A stretch of 42,873 nt of DNA from positions 1 to 42,873 of the forward strand of contig CAYOOG010000002.1 of NCBI GenBank assembly GCA_964405515.1, given 5' to 3'. The translations under genes were made by a program, and so were the position numbers. This document shows positions 19,049-29,695 of the stretch, in pieces (within the stretch, counting starts at the first letter, position 1; each line of letters starts with the position of its first letter). This DNA comes from an uncultured Alphaproteobacteria bacterium. GTDB taxonomy: Bacteria > Pseudomonadota > Alphaproteobacteria > JAPYRI01. The notes under the pieces are model-generated. The model was not told the origin of the DNA. It saw only the letters and a program-made list of their open reading frames with translations, and searched no databases.

Positions 19049-19716
19049 GAAATCCGCTTCAGCGCCGCCGGGAGCTGGGAAAATTCGTCGATGAGCACGT
19101 CGGCGGCCAGATTCTTGGCGCCATCGTGGGCGTAGCCGAATGAGACCGCGACAACGGGGATACCCGCCGCTCGGGCCGTGGTCATGTCGACGTTTGTATC
19201 GCCGACCATCACCGCTTGGGCCGGCTCGTAGCCCAGTCGGCGGACGGTTTCCAGCAGGTGCTCGGGGTCGGGCTTGTGAACTGGTAGGGTTTGGCCGCCG
19301 ACAATGGTCCCGAACAGATCCGCGACACCCAGATCAGCCAGGAGCTGGGCCGATAATTCCTCGGATTTGTTGGTGCAGATGCCGAACACCGCGCCCTTAG
19401 TCTTCAAAAAGTTGAGGATGTTAAGAGCACCAGGAAAAAGGCGGGTCTCCTTGGAAATATTGGCCCGGTAATGCTCCAGAAAAATGCCCACGTGGGCGGT
19501 TACTTCGTCCTCGTCGGGCGGGTTTTCGCCGTCTCCCAGGCCCAACTCAATAAGCCGCCGGGCGCCGTGCCCAACCATTTGGCGCACGTCGGCAAGGGCC
19601 ACTTTGGGCCTATTTTCGGTTTCCAACACCCAATTCAAGGCGTTGCAGAGGTCCGGGGCGCTGTCTACCAGCGTCCCATCAAGGTCGAAGACGATGGCCG
19701 GGCGGGAAAGAGACAT
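19045..19716 (-). CDS. gph: Phosphoglycolate phosphatase (HAD)
   Basis: FDLDGTLVDS, CTNK, KPDP and MVGD motifs; divergent from glmU. Confidence 0.88.
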   Translation of the reverse strand: MSLSRPAIVFDLDGTLVDSAPDLCNALNWVLETENRPKVALADVRQMVGHGARRLIELGLGDGENPPDEDEVTAHVGIFLEHYRANISKETRLFPGALNILNFLKTKGAVFGICTNKSEELSAQLLADLGVADLFGTIVGGQTLPVHKPDPEHLLETVRRLGYEPAQAVMVGDTNVDMTTARAAGIPVVAVSFGYAHDGAKNLAADVLIDEFSQLPAALKRIS

Positions 19717-19738
19717 GATTGGGTAAAATCCAGATTAT

Positions 19739-19768
19739 TTGACAATACAGGGTGATTTTGCCTAAGTG
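19739..19768 (+). promoter_or_regulatory. Possible sigma70 promoter for glmU operon
   Basis: TTGACA-18 nt-TAAGTG in an AT-rich intergenic region; the -10 is weak. Confidence 0.35.
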
Positions 19769-19819
19769 CCCCAATTGTGCCACTTTTTTCAAGTTAATTG
19801 CACTCGGAAGCGAGAATAA

Positions 19820-21166
19820 ATGGCCCCCTCTGATACAGCCGTCATCATCCTGGCCGCCGGCATGGGCACGCGCATGAAATCAGCGCTTCCCAAGGTCCTG
19901 CACGCGCTCGCCGGGCGGCCACTGATCGGCCACGTGATGGATGTCGCGGCCACGCTCAAGCCGCACAAAACGGTTCTGGTGCTGGCGCCCGGGATGGACG
20001 ATGTGGCCGAGGCCGCGACGGGCGCCGTGGTCGTGCTGCAGGAGCCGCAGTTGGGCACCGGCCATGCCGTACTTACGGCCCGCGAGGCGCTTGTGGGCTT
20101 TTCAGGCACGGTCCTGGTGCTCTACGGCGACACGCCCCTGGTGAGGGGCGAGACCCTGGCCAACATGGTGGCGGCGCGCGAGGCGGGTGCCGCAGTCGTG
20201 GTTTTGGGCTTTCGCCCAATTGACGCGGGCGGCTACGGGCGGCTTGTGGTGAGTGGCGAGGGCGGCGTTGAAGCCATCATCGAACACAAAGACGCGAACG
20301 CCGGGCAACAGAACATCGGCCTGTGCAATTCCGGCGTCATGGCTGTCGATGGCGGCGTTTTATTCGAGTTGCTCGAAAATGTAGGCAATGACAATGCCAA
20401 GGGTGAATTCTATCTCACCGATATTGTAGCAGAGGCGCGCAAGCGCGACCTTCACTGTGCCGTAGTGGAAGCCCCCGAGGATGAGGTCCTGGGCATCAAT
20501 TCCCGTGCCCAACTGGCCGATGCGGAAGCGATATTGCAAGACCGCCTGCGGGCCCAAGCCATGGCTGAGGGGGCTACGCTTACCGATCCGGATACGGTCT
20601 ATTTCAGCGCTGACACGGCGCTCGGCCGGGACGTGACGGTGGAGCCTAATGTGTTTTTTGGTCCCGGGGTCGAAGTGGGGGACGGTGCAGTCGTTCGCGC
20701 CTTCAGCCATCTGGAAGGCGCCACGGTGTCCGCGGGCGCCCAGGTCGGCCCCTTCGCGCGCCTGCGCCCGGGGACCGAGGTTGGGGCCGGCGCCCGCATC
20801 GGCAATTTTGTCGAGGTCAAGAAATCGGTGATTGAAGAAGGCGCCAAGGTCAACCATTTGACCTATATTGGCGATGCCAGGGTGGGCGCCGGGGCCAACG
20901 TCGGCGCGGGCACCATTACCTGCAATTACGACGGCTTCATGAAGCACCAGACGGACATCGGAGCGGGGGCTTCTATCGGCTCCAACACCTCGCTGGTGGC
21001 GCCGGTCAAGATCGGCGACGGGGCCATCACCGGCGCCGGAACCGTGGTCACCGGCGACGTCCCGACGGACGCCCTTGTGGTCAACCCGGCCGATCAGAAG
21101 CAAACCCCTGGCTTCGCCGCTGGCTACCGCGACCGCAAGACGCGCGAAAAGGAAGGCAACAAATAA
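19820..21166 (+). CDS. glmU: Bifunctional UDP-GlcNAc pyrophosphorylase/acetyltransferase
   Basis: LAAGMGTRMKS, QLGTGHA, YGDTP, GPFARLRP, GNFVEVK and TCNYDG motifs. Confidence 0.97.
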   Translation: MAPSDTAVIILAAGMGTRMKSALPKVLHALAGRPLIGHVMDVAATLKPHKTVLVLAPGMDDVAEAATGAVVVLQEPQLGTGHAVLTAREALVGFSGTVLVLYGDTPLVRGETLANMVAAREAGAAVVVLGFRPIDAGGYGRLVVSGEGGVEAIIEHKDANAGQQNIGLCNSGVMAVDGGVLFELLENVGNDNAKGEFYLTDIVAEARKRDLHCAVVEAPEDEVLGINSRAQLADAEAILQDRLRAQAMAEGATLTDPDTVYFSADTALGRDVTVEPNVFFGPGVEVGDGAVVRAFSHLEGATVSAGAQVGPFARLRPGTEVGAGARIGNFVEVKKSVIEEGAKVNHLTYIGDARVGAGANVGAGTITCNYDGFMKHQTDIGAGASIGSNTSLVAPVKIGDGAITGAGTVVTGDVPTDALVVNPADQKQTPGFAAGYRDRKTREKEGNK

Positions 21167-22990
21167 ATGTGCGGTATTTTCGGCGTTGTCGGTGAACAGC
21201 CCGCCGCGCCCGTCATTATCGAAGCGTTGCGGCGGCTCGAATACCGGGGCTACGATTCCGCGGGCATCGCTACGCTGGTCAACGGCGGCATCGAGCGCCG
21301 CCGCGCCGAGGGTAAGCTTGGTAACCTGGAAAAACTGCTGAAAGAGGAGCCTCTTGACGGCAATAGCGGCATTGGCCACACGCGCTGGGCCACCCATGGC
21401 GCCCCGAACCAGACCAACGCTCACCCCCATATCTCGGACGGCGTGGCCGTCGTGCATAACGGCATTATTGAGAACTTCCGGGAATTGCGCCGGGAATTGG
21501 AAGCCAAGAATCACAGTTTCGACAGTGACACGGATTCGGAAGTCGTCGCCCATCTGGTCACGCAGAATCTTCGCGACGGCATGGCGCCCGCCGAGGCCGC
21601 CGAGGCCGCCGTGCGCCGCCTGGACGGCGCCTTTGCGCTTGGCATTATATTCCACGGGCAGGACGCCTTGATGGTTGGGGCGCGCCAAGGCTGCCCCTTG
21701 GCCGTGGGCTACGGCGAAGGTGAAAACTTTCTCGGCTCCGACGCCTTGGCGCTGGCGCCGGTCACGCGAAAGATCTGCTACCTGGAAGAGGGCGATATCG
21801 CGGTGCTCAGCCGTGACACGGTTGTTATCCATGACGATTCGGGGGCGGAGGTGGCCCGCGAAATCAAGTTGAGCGATGTGGATTCAGCGGAGGTGAGCAA
21901 GGGCAACCACGCGCACTTCATGGCCAAGGAAATATTCGAGCAGCCAGCGGTCATCGGCGACACGCTCAATACCTATTTCAACCCTTTGAGCGGCAGCATC
22001 ACCTTGCCGGAATTGCCCTTCGATCTGGCGGCCATCGAAAGGGTAACCATCGCCGCCTGTGGCACCGCGTATTATGCCGGGCTGGTTGCCAAGTACTGGC
22101 TGGAGCGGATCGCCGGAATTCCGGTAGACATCGACGTGGCCTCGGAAGTGCGTTACCGCGAAGCGCCCGCGCCCGAGAACGCCATGGCACTGTTCGTCTC
22201 CCAGTCGGGGGAGACAGCGGACACCTTGGCGGCGCTTCGGCACGCCCGCGCGCAGGGCCAGCACATTGTCTCGGTCCTGAACGTGCCCGAATCCTCCATA
22301 CAGCGGGAATCAGACGCCGTGCTGCCCACACACGCGGGCACGGAAATCGGTGTTGCCTCCACCAAGGCCTTTACCTGTCAATTGACCGTACTGGCCAGCC
22401 TCGCCATCTATTTGGGCGTCACGCGCGGTCACATTGACCACGCCGAAGAAAAGCGGCTGACCACGGCGCTAAGTGAAGTGCCGGCGCTGGCGGCGGATGT
22501 GCTCAACCACGACGAAAGCATTCGCGTCATGGCCCGGGAAGTGGCAAAAGCCCGGGATGTCCTTTACCTGGGACGGGGCAGCAGTTTTCCGCTGGCCATG
22601 GAAGGCGCCCTGAAGCTTAAGGAAATTTCCTATATCCATGCCGAGGGCTACCCGGCGGGCGAGATGAAGCACGGTCCCATTTCGTTGATCGACGATGGTG
22701 TGCCGGTCATCGTCATTGCGCCCACGGATGCCTTGGCCGAAAAGACCCGCTCCAACATGCAGGAAGTCATCGCCCGCGGCGGCAAGGTGCTGTTGATATC
22801 CGACGCCGAAGGTGTAGCGTTAGGCAGCGACGGCGTCTGGGCCTCGGTCGAGTTGCCTACGGTGGATCCATTCGTGGCGCCGATCCTGTATGCAATACCG
22901 GTTCAGCTATTGGCCTATCATGCAGCGGTTGCCAAGGGCACGGATGTGGACCAGCCGCGCAATCTGGCGAAATCGGTCACGGTGGAGTGA
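21167..22990 (+). CDS. glmS: Glutamine-fructose-6-phosphate transaminase
   Basis: MCGIFG, LEYRGYDSAG, GHTRWATHG, SQSGETADT and PRNLAKSVTVE motifs. Confidence 0.97.
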   Translation: MCGIFGVVGEQPAAPVIIEALRRLEYRGYDSAGIATLVNGGIERRRAEGKLGNLEKLLKEEPLDGNSGIGHTRWATHGAPNQTNAHPHISDGVAVVHNGIIENFRELRRELEAKNHSFDSDTDSEVVAHLVTQNLRDGMAPAEAAEAAVRRLDGAFALGIIFHGQDALMVGARQGCPLAVGYGEGENFLGSDALALAPVTRKICYLEEGDIAVLSRDTVVIHDDSGAEVAREIKLSDVDSAEVSKGNHAHFMAKEIFEQPAVIGDTLNTYFNPLSGSITLPELPFDLAAIERVTIAACGTAYYAGLVAKYWLERIAGIPVDIDVASEVRYREAPAPENAMALFVSQSGETADTLAALRHARAQGQHIVSVLNVPESSIQRESDAVLPTHAGTEIGVASTKAFTCQLTVLASLAIYLGVTRGHIDHAEEKRLTTALSEVPALAADVLNHDESIRVMAREVAKARDVLYLGRGSSFPLAMEGALKLKEISYIHAEGYPAGEMKHGPISLIDDGVPVIVIAPTDALAEKTRSNMQEVIARGGKVLLISDAEGVALGSDGVWASVELPTVDPFVAPILYAIPVQLLAYHAAVAKGTDVDQPRNLAKSVTVE

Positions 22991-22998
22991 GAAGAGCG

Positions 22999-23460
22999 AT
23001 GAGCTTGGAAGAAATCTATAACTTCAGGCGTGTGGATGAGCGCGTCGTTACCGGCGGCCAACCCACCGAAGAACAGCTTGGCGACGTCGCGGCGGCGGGC
23101 GTGGAAGCGGTGGTGAACATCGCCACCGACGACCCGCGCTATTCATTGGATGACGAACAGGCAACAGTCACGGGCCTAGACATGGTCTACCACCATGTCC
23201 CGGTGGACTGGGACGCCCCCACGGCGGAAGACTATGCCGCGTTTTCCAAGATCATGGATGAATTGGCGGACAGACAAGTGCTGGTGCATTGCGCCGCCAA
23301 TTTCCGCGTCACCGCGTTTTACTCGCTCTACGGCATGGAAAAGCTTGGCTGGTCGGCGGCCGAGGCGGACGCATTTATCGCCGCCACCTGGACACCGGCT
23401 GAATATGAACCTTGGCCCGGCTTTATTGAAAGCCGCCGGGCGGAATTCACACAGGAATGA
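22999..23460 (+). CDS. PTP-like/DUF442 (BLH-type) phosphatase or sulfurtransferase domain protein
   Basis: TGGQP, HVPVDW and the HCAANFR (CX5R) motif; alternative GTG start at 22987. Confidence 0.75.
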   Translation: MSLEEIYNFRRVDERVVTGGQPTEEQLGDVAAAGVEAVVNIATDDPRYSLDDEQATVTGLDMVYHHVPVDWDAPTAEDYAAFSKIMDELADRQVLVHCAANFRVTAFYSLYGMEKLGWSAAEADAFIAATWTPAEYEPWPGFIESRRAEFTQE

Positions 23461-24923
23461 ATCGAATGGAATTGAATGACGCCGGATTGTTCCGGCAGCA
23501 ATGTTACATTGACGGCGCCTGGGCGGACGCGGACGGCGGCGATGTCATGGAGGTCACCAACCCGGCGACCGGGGAAGTGCTTGGCGCCGCGCCTAAGATG
23601 GGCGCGGACGAGGCGCGCCGCGCCATCGAGGCTGCCGATAGGGCCTGGCCATCGTGGCGGGCATTGCCGCCCAAGGAGCGGTCCGTGATCCTGCGCCGCT
23701 GGCATGACTTGATGCTGGAGCACGTCGACGATCTTGGCCTTATCATGACCTTGGAGCAGGGCAAGCCCCTGGCCGAGGCCAAGGGCGAGGTGGCCTATGC
23801 CGCCTCTTTCCTGGAATGGTTTGCCGAGGAAGGCAAACGTATCTACGGCGACACCATCCCGTCGTCCCAGCCGGATAAGCGGATCGTTGTGACTCGCCAG
23901 CCCATCGGCGTTGTCGCCGCCATCACGCCCTGGAACTTCCCCAGCGCCATGATCACCCGCAAGGTCGGCCCGGCCCTGGCCGCCGGCTGCACGGTGGTGG
24001 CCAAGCCCGCAAGCGCCACGCCCTATTCGGCGCTGGCCCTGGCCGAACTTGCGGAACGCGCCGGCGTGCCCGCGGGCGTGTTCAACGTGGTCACTGGCGG
24101 GGCGGGGGCCATCGGTGGCGAGCTGACCGGTAATGCGATCGTGCGCAAGCTGACCTTCACCGGCTCCACCGAAGTGGGTAAGGCGCTCATGGCCCAGTGC
24201 GCCGATACGGTGAAGAAAGTCTCCCTGGAACTGGGCGGCAACGCGCCCTTTATCGTTTTCGACGACGCCGACCTTGATGAGGCCGTGGCCGGCGCCATTC
24301 TTTGCAAGTACCGCAACGCCGGGCAGACCTGTGTTTGCGCCAACCGTATTTACGCCCAGGACGGTGTCTATGATGCCTTTGCCGCCAAGCTGGCCAAGGC
24401 CGTGGCCGGGCTCAAGGTCGCCAACGGCCTGGAAGAAGGCGCCACCGTCGGGCCGCTGATCGATATGGCGGGGGTGGAAAAGGTCGAGGAGCACATTGCT
24501 GACGCCGTCGGCGCCGGTGCCAAGGTCGCGGCGGGTGGCAGCCGGCACGCTCTCGGCGGGCTGTTTTTTGAGCCGACGATATTGACGGAAGTCACGCCCG
24601 ATATGCTGATCTCGCGGGAGGAGACCTTCGGTCCCGTGGCGCCGCTGTTTCGCTTCAGGGACGAAGAAGAAGCCGTTCGATTGGCCAACGATACTGAATA
24701 TGGCCTCGCGGCGTATTTCTTTAGCCGTGACGTGGGCCGCGTCTGGCGGGTCTCGGAAGCCCTGGAATACGGTATCGTCGGCGTCAACACGGGGATCATC
24801 TCCACGGAAGTGGCGCCCTTTGGCGGCGTCAAGGAATCCGGTATTGGCCGCGAAGGCTCGCGCTACGGCATCGATGACTTTGTTGAAATGAAATACATCA
24901 GCATGGGCGGCGTCGATCATTAA
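23457..24923 (+). CDS. gabD: NAD(P)-dependent succinate-semialdehyde dehydrogenase
   Basis: [38 protein letters not shown] and [13 protein letters not shown] motifs. Confidence 0.92.
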   Translation: MNRMELNDAGLFRQQCYIDGAWADADGGDVMEVTNPATGEVLGAAPKMGADEARRAIEAADRAWPSWRALPPKERSVILRRWHDLMLEHVDDLGLIMTLEQGKPLAEAKGEVAYAASFLEWFAEEGKRIYGDTIPSSQPDKRIVVTRQPIGVVAAITPWNFPSAMITRKVGPALAAGCTVVAKPASATPYSALALAELAERAGVPAGVFNVVTGGAGAIGGELTGNAIVRKLTFTGSTEVGKALMAQCADTVKKVSLELGGNAPFIVFDDADLDEAVAGAILCKYRNAGQTCVCANRIYAQDGVYDAFAAKLAKAVAGLKVANGLEEGATVGPLIDMAGVEKVEEHIADAVGAGAKVAAGGSRHALGGLFFEPTILTEVTPDMLISREETFGPVAPLFRFRDEEEAVRLANDTEYGLAAYFFSRDVGRVWRVSEALEYGIVGVNTGIISTEVAPFGGVKESGIGREGSRYGIDDFVEMKYISMGGVDH

Positions 24924-26278
24924 TGACCAAGTACGATTATGACCTTTTTGTGATCGGCGCCGGTTCCGGTGGCGTGCGGGCGGCGCGCATGGCGGCAGGT
25001 CACGGGGCCAGTGTTGCCATCACCGAGGAATACCGCGTTGGCGGCACCTGCGTCATTCGCGGCTGTATCCCCAAGAAGCTGTTCGTCTACGCCGCGCACT
25101 ACGCGCAGGATTTCGAGGACGCCGCCGGTTATGGCTGGAGCTTGGGCGAGGGTACTTTCGATTGGTCCACCCTTGTCGCCAACAAGGACAAGGAAATCGA
25201 TCGCCTCAATGGCATCTACATCCGTAACCTTGAGGCCAGTGGGGTCAAGATATTCGAAAAGCGTGGCGTACTCGTGAACGCTCACACCGTTGATCTTGAA
25301 GGCGAGCAAGTGACTGCCGAGACCATACTTGTCGCCACCGGTGCTCGGCCCATGATGCCCGACGTTCCGGGCATCGAGCACGCCATTACCTCCGATGAGG
25401 CGTTTCACCTTGAGCAACTCCCGGACCGCATAATAATTGTCGGCGGCGGCTATATCGCCGTCGAGTTCGCGGGGATTTTTCACGGCTTGGGCGTCGAGGT
25501 CACGCAACTATATCGGGGCGAACAAATCCTGCGCGGCTTTGACCGCGACATTCGCGATACGCTGGCCGGTGAAATGCGGCGCGAGGGTATTGATCTACGG
25601 GTGGATGCCCGCGTCACGGCGGTTGAAAAGACTGATGCCGGATTGACGCTCGAACTTGATGGCGGTGGCACACTGGAGACCGACATGGTCTTGTACGCCA
25701 CCGGCCGCGTTCCCAACACGGAGAGCCTGGGGCTGGAGGCCGCGGGTGTGGAGCTGGGGAACAATGGCGCCATAAATGTGGATGAATATTCCCAAAGCTC
25801 TGTCCCCAACATCTACGCCGTGGGAGACGTTACCGACCGCATGGCGCTGACCCCCGTGGCCATAGCCGAGGCCATGGCCTTTGCCGAAACGGTTTATGGT
25901 GGCAATCCAACGGCCATGGACTACGGCACCATCGCCGGCGCCGTGTTCAGCCAGCCCAGCGTGGGTACGGTCGGTTACACCGAAGAAGAGGCGAGGGCCG
26001 AATTCGGCGACCTGGACGTTTATAAATCCGGCTTCACGCCCTTGAAGCACACGCTGACCGGGCGCGGTGAGCGCACCATGATGAAGCTGGTGGTCGAGCG
26101 GGCGACGGACAGGGTCCTGGGCCTCCATATGGTGGGGCCGGAGGCGGGCGAAATCGCCCAATCCATGGCCGTGGCCCTCAAGATGGGCGCGACCAAGGCG
26201 CAATTCGACGCCACCGTATCCGTGCACCCCACGGCGGCGGAGGAATTTGTCACCATGCGTGAAAAGTTGCCAGATTAG
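24923..26278 (+). CDS. gor: Glutathione-disulfide reductase
   Basis: GAGSGG, GGTCVIRGCIPKK, GGGYIAVEFA, LTPVA and HPTAAEE motifs. Confidence 0.95.
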   Translation: MTKYDYDLFVIGAGSGGVRAARMAAGHGASVAITEEYRVGGTCVIRGCIPKKLFVYAAHYAQDFEDAAGYGWSLGEGTFDWSTLVANKDKEIDRLNGIYIRNLEASGVKIFEKRGVLVNAHTVDLEGEQVTAETILVATGARPMMPDVPGIEHAITSDEAFHLEQLPDRIIIVGGGYIAVEFAGIFHGLGVEVTQLYRGEQILRGFDRDIRDTLAGEMRREGIDLRVDARVTAVEKTDAGLTLELDGGGTLETDMVLYATGRVPNTESLGLEAAGVELGNNGAINVDEYSQSSVPNIYAVGDVTDRMALTPVAIAEAMAFAETVYGGNPTAMDYGTIAGAVFSQPSVGTVGYTEEEARAEFGDLDVYKSGFTPLKHTLTGRGERTMMKLVVERATDRVLGLHMVGPEAGEIAQSMAVALKMGATKAQFDATVSVHPTAAEEFVTMREKLPD

Positions 26279-26334
26279 GGGATTGCGGCTTATAAGAGCG
26301 GCCCGACGCGCAGAAATCAGCCCCCGAGGCCAAA

Positions 26335-27720
26335 ATGAGCGGCAAATGGACACCCGATAGCTGGCGGTCAAAGCCGGCCCAACATCTGCCCAGTTACCCG
26401 GACGAAGGGTCGCTGGAGGCTGTGCTCGGCAAGATCAGGAATTTCCCGCCGCTGATATTCGCCGGAGAGGCACGTGATCTGCAGCGCAATCTGGCCGAAG
26501 TTGCGTCGGGCAAGGCGTTCCTGCTGCAAGGCGGTGACTGCGCCGAGAGCTTTGCCGAATTCCACCCGGACAACATCCGCGACACTTTCCGCGCGCTGCT
26601 GCAAATGTCCGTGGCCCTGATCTACGCCGGCTCCTTCCCTGTCTACAAGGTGGGCCGTTTGGCCGGTCAGTTTGCCAAGCCGCGCAGCACGCCCACGGAA
26701 ACGAAGGACGGCGTCGAACTGCCGAGTTACTTGGGCGACATCATTAATGGCGGCGAGTTCACGGCGGAAGCCCGTACGCCCGACCCCGACCGGTTGTGGC
26801 AAGCGTACAGTCAGGCCGCGGCCACTCTAAATCTGCTGCGCGCCTTCGCCCAAGGCGGTTACGCGGATCTGCAACGGGTCAGCCAATGGACGCGCGGCTT
26901 TCTGGCCAGCAGCCCCCAAGGGGAGCGCTATCAGCACATTGCCGACCGTGTCGAGGAGGCGCTAGAGTTCATGGCGGCTATCGGCGTCACGCCGGAGACC
27001 ACGCCGGCCATGTGCAATACGGATTTTCAGACCTCTCACGAGGCTCTGTTGCTGCCTTATGAACAGGCTTTGACGCGGATCGATTCAACCAGTGGCGACT
27101 GGTACGACACTTCAGCGCATATGCTTTGGGTCGGAGACCGCACGCGCGACATTGACGGCGCGCATGTGGAATTCCTGCGCGGCATCGCCAACCCCTTGGG
27201 CGCCAAGATCGGTCCGACTTGTCCGCCGGACGAATTGCTGGCGTTGATCGATGCGCTGAACCCTAAGGACATTCCCGGGCGCCTGACGTTGATTTGCCGC
27301 ATGGGCGCCGACAAGGTGGCGGAGAAGCTTCCGCCCCTCATTCGCGCGGTGGAGAGGGAAGGGCGCACCGTCGTCTGGTCCTGCGATCCCATGCACGGCA
27401 ACACCGTGCGCTCGGCCAGCGGCTACAAGACCCGGCGTTTCGACCAGATCTTGGCCGAAGTACATACCTTTTTGGACGTGCATCAGGCCGAGGGCACTCA
27501 TGCGGGCGGCGTACACCTGGAAATGACCGGTCAGGATGTAACCGAGTGCACCGGCGGCGCCCAGGAGATCAGCGATACCGGGCTGGCCGACCGATACCAT
27601 ACCCATTGTGATCCGCGGCTCAACGCCAGCCAGGCGCTGGAACTGGCCTTCCTCGTCGCCGACACCATCAAGAAGGCGCGGCTGGAAAACGGAAAGGCGA
27701 GCATCACCGCGACATCGTAA
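26335..27720 (+). CDS. Class II DAHP synthase
   Basis: [33 protein letters not shown] and CDPRLN motifs. Confidence 0.95.
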   Translation: MSGKWTPDSWRSKPAQHLPSYPDEGSLEAVLGKIRNFPPLIFAGEARDLQRNLAEVASGKAFLLQGGDCAESFAEFHPDNIRDTFRALLQMSVALIYAGSFPVYKVGRLAGQFAKPRSTPTETKDGVELPSYLGDIINGGEFTAEARTPDPDRLWQAYSQAAATLNLLRAFAQGGYADLQRVSQWTRGFLASSPQGERYQHIADRVEEALEFMAAIGVTPETTPAMCNTDFQTSHEALLLPYEQALTRIDSTSGDWYDTSAHMLWVGDRTRDIDGAHVEFLRGIANPLGAKIGPTCPPDELLALIDALNPKDIPGRLTLICRMGADKVAEKLPPLIRAVEREGRTVVWSCDPMHGNTVRSASGYKTRRFDQILAEVHTFLDVHQAEGTHAGGVHLEMTGQDVTECTGGAQEISDTGLADRYHTHCDPRLNASQALELAFLVADTIKKARLENGKASITATS

Positions 27721-27760
27721 ATCGCCGGTTCATCTGGTTCCGGCAAAACGGGGGCAAACC

Positions 27761-29221
27761 ATGACGGCTTCTTCAGTTCGGCGATCTTTTTTCTTTCTTC
27801 TGGCATTTGTCATTTGTCTGGCGCCTCCCGCGTCGCGTGCAGCGGAAAACTCTGGCACGCTTATGATCAAGGCGGACGTGTTGCGCGACAAGATTCATGG
27901 CGGGTTCCTCGGCCAGTTATTCGGCAATTTGAACGGCCTGCCTCACGAGTTTGCCTACATACCAGAGCCCGGCAACGTCAGCGGCTACGTGCCAGGACTT
28001 GCATACGCTTTCACGGATGACGACAACGATATCGAGTGGGTCTACATCACCGAGATGGAGAAGAGTGGGAATGCAATCATTCCCTACGACCGAATCAAGG
28101 AACTCTGGTTCAAGCATCTCAACCGGGGCATTTTTGCCTCAAACGCCTGGGCTCGGGGCCTTATGGGTATGGGAATCGATCCCCCCATGACAGGTCATCC
28201 GGGGCTCAACCCCAGGGCTCACTATAATATTGCCGGGCAGTTCAACATCGAAACCTTCGGGTTGATCGCGCTGGGCATGCCGCAGACCGCGGCCCGCATC
28301 GGCGACCATTACGCCCATGTTGTTGTGGACGGAGAGCCGGTTCAGGCCGCGCAGCTCTATACCACCATGATCGCCACGGCGTTCCTTACCGATGACCTCA
28401 ATGAAATACTTGATGCCGGATTGGCCGCTGTTGACCCATTGTCTCAGATTTATGAAATCGTCAATCAGGCGCGAGCTTGACATAGGGCCGACCCAAAGGA
28501 CTGGCGCGCCACGCGAAAGCTCATTCAGCAAAAATATGAATCCTACCCGGGTATTGGCAATGGCTACGGCGTGATTACCGCCTGCACCATCACCGCGCTG
28601 CTGTATGGCGAGGGTGACTTGGCCCGTACCATCGAATTTGGTTTTAACCTGGGCTGGGACGCCGACAACACCGCCGCCACGGCTGGCACAATCATTGGGG
28701 TGATTAAGGGCCGCGCCTGGATGGAGGCCCAGGGCTGGGAGATCGGCACCGAGTACCATAACTACTCCCGCGACGACATGCCCATGGACGAGACCATCAA
28801 CGGCTATGCCGACCGGATCGTGGCCGTCGCGTCGCGGGTGATTGAGGAAAACGGCGGCCGTGTGATCGAGAAAGACGGCGCCAAGACTTTTGAAATCAAA
28901 TTGCAGACCCCGGCTGTCGTCGAGCCCCTGGTCGATACGGCTGCCAAGACTAAGGCATACCATGATGCCGCCCGGAAAAGAGTCGAGGCAGAGATTTACA
29001 GCGACAGTCTGGAGGTGCGCCGCCAAGCGGTTCTCGACGCCTTCATTCTTGGATTCGGCCATGATCTGATGCGGGGTCACCCGGCGCAAATGAACACGGC
29101 CCGCGTGGAATTCCAAAAGTGGATGGTGACCAATCGGGACATGGGCGCGCGTCTGTTGTTCAACGAGATCATGTTCCGGCTCTCGTCCAACATCGGTGTC
29201 GTTGTAACGAACAAGAAGTAG
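27761..29221 (+). pseudogene. Exported ADP-ribosylglycohydrolase-family protein interrupted by one in-frame TGA (28478-28480)
   Basis: Signal peptide, TDDDNDIE and GWDADNTAATAG motifs. ORFs 27608..28480 and 28571..29221 are in the same frame, separated only by a single TGA. Confidence 0.8.
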
Positions 29222-29232
29222 GGGAGAAGGCA

Positions 29233-29685
29233 ATGAGCGACGAAAAGGATATCGGCGCACAGCCCACCGAACGGCAACTGTCGTTCATGCGCGTCATAAC
29301 GGCCTTCAACGTCTTTATCTACCGGATCAGCGGCGGGCGATGGATGGGCTCCGTGGGCGGCATGGATGTTTGCACCGTAACCATGACCGGCGCCAAGACG
29401 GGCAAGGTGCGGCGCATCGCCATGATGTACGTACCCTGGCAGGAAGGCGTGTTACTGGTGGGCTCCCAGGGCGGCGCCGACCGCAACCCGGGCTGGACTT
29501 ACAATCTGAAGAAAAATCCGGAGATCACCGTGCAGTTCAAGGACAAGACGCTGTCCTTGAAGGCGCGCCTTGCGAGTGCGGAAGAAAAAGCCGAGGTCTG
29601 GCCGACCTGTCTAAAGTATTATCCTCTCTACGAGGACTACCAGCAGCGCACCAGCCGCGATATTCCGGTGTTCATTTGCGAATAG
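29233..29685 (+). CDS. Deazaflavin(F420)-dependent nitroreductase (Ddn) family protein, copy 1
   Basis: TMTGAKTGKVR, GSQGG, NPGWTYNL..NP and YPLYEDYQQRTSRDIPV motifs; GGAG RBS. Confidence 0.88.
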   Translation: MSDEKDIGAQPTERQLSFMRVITAFNVFIYRISGGRWMGSVGGMDVCTVTMTGAKTGKVRRIAMMYVPWQEGVLLVGSQGGADRNPGWTYNLKKNPEITVQFKDKTLSLKARLASAEEKAEVWPTCLKYYPLYEDYQQRTSRDIPVFICE

Positions 29686-29695
29686 GGGGAAATCG

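Noticed and set aside
21100-21167. glmS ribozyme or leader
   Set aside because: The glmU stop directly abuts the glmS ATG, leaving no room for one.
28478-28520. Selenocysteine recoding of the in-frame TGA
   Set aside because: There is no convincing SECIS-like hairpin after the TGA, and the context is not a Cys/redox motif. Trp is the more likely ancestral residue.
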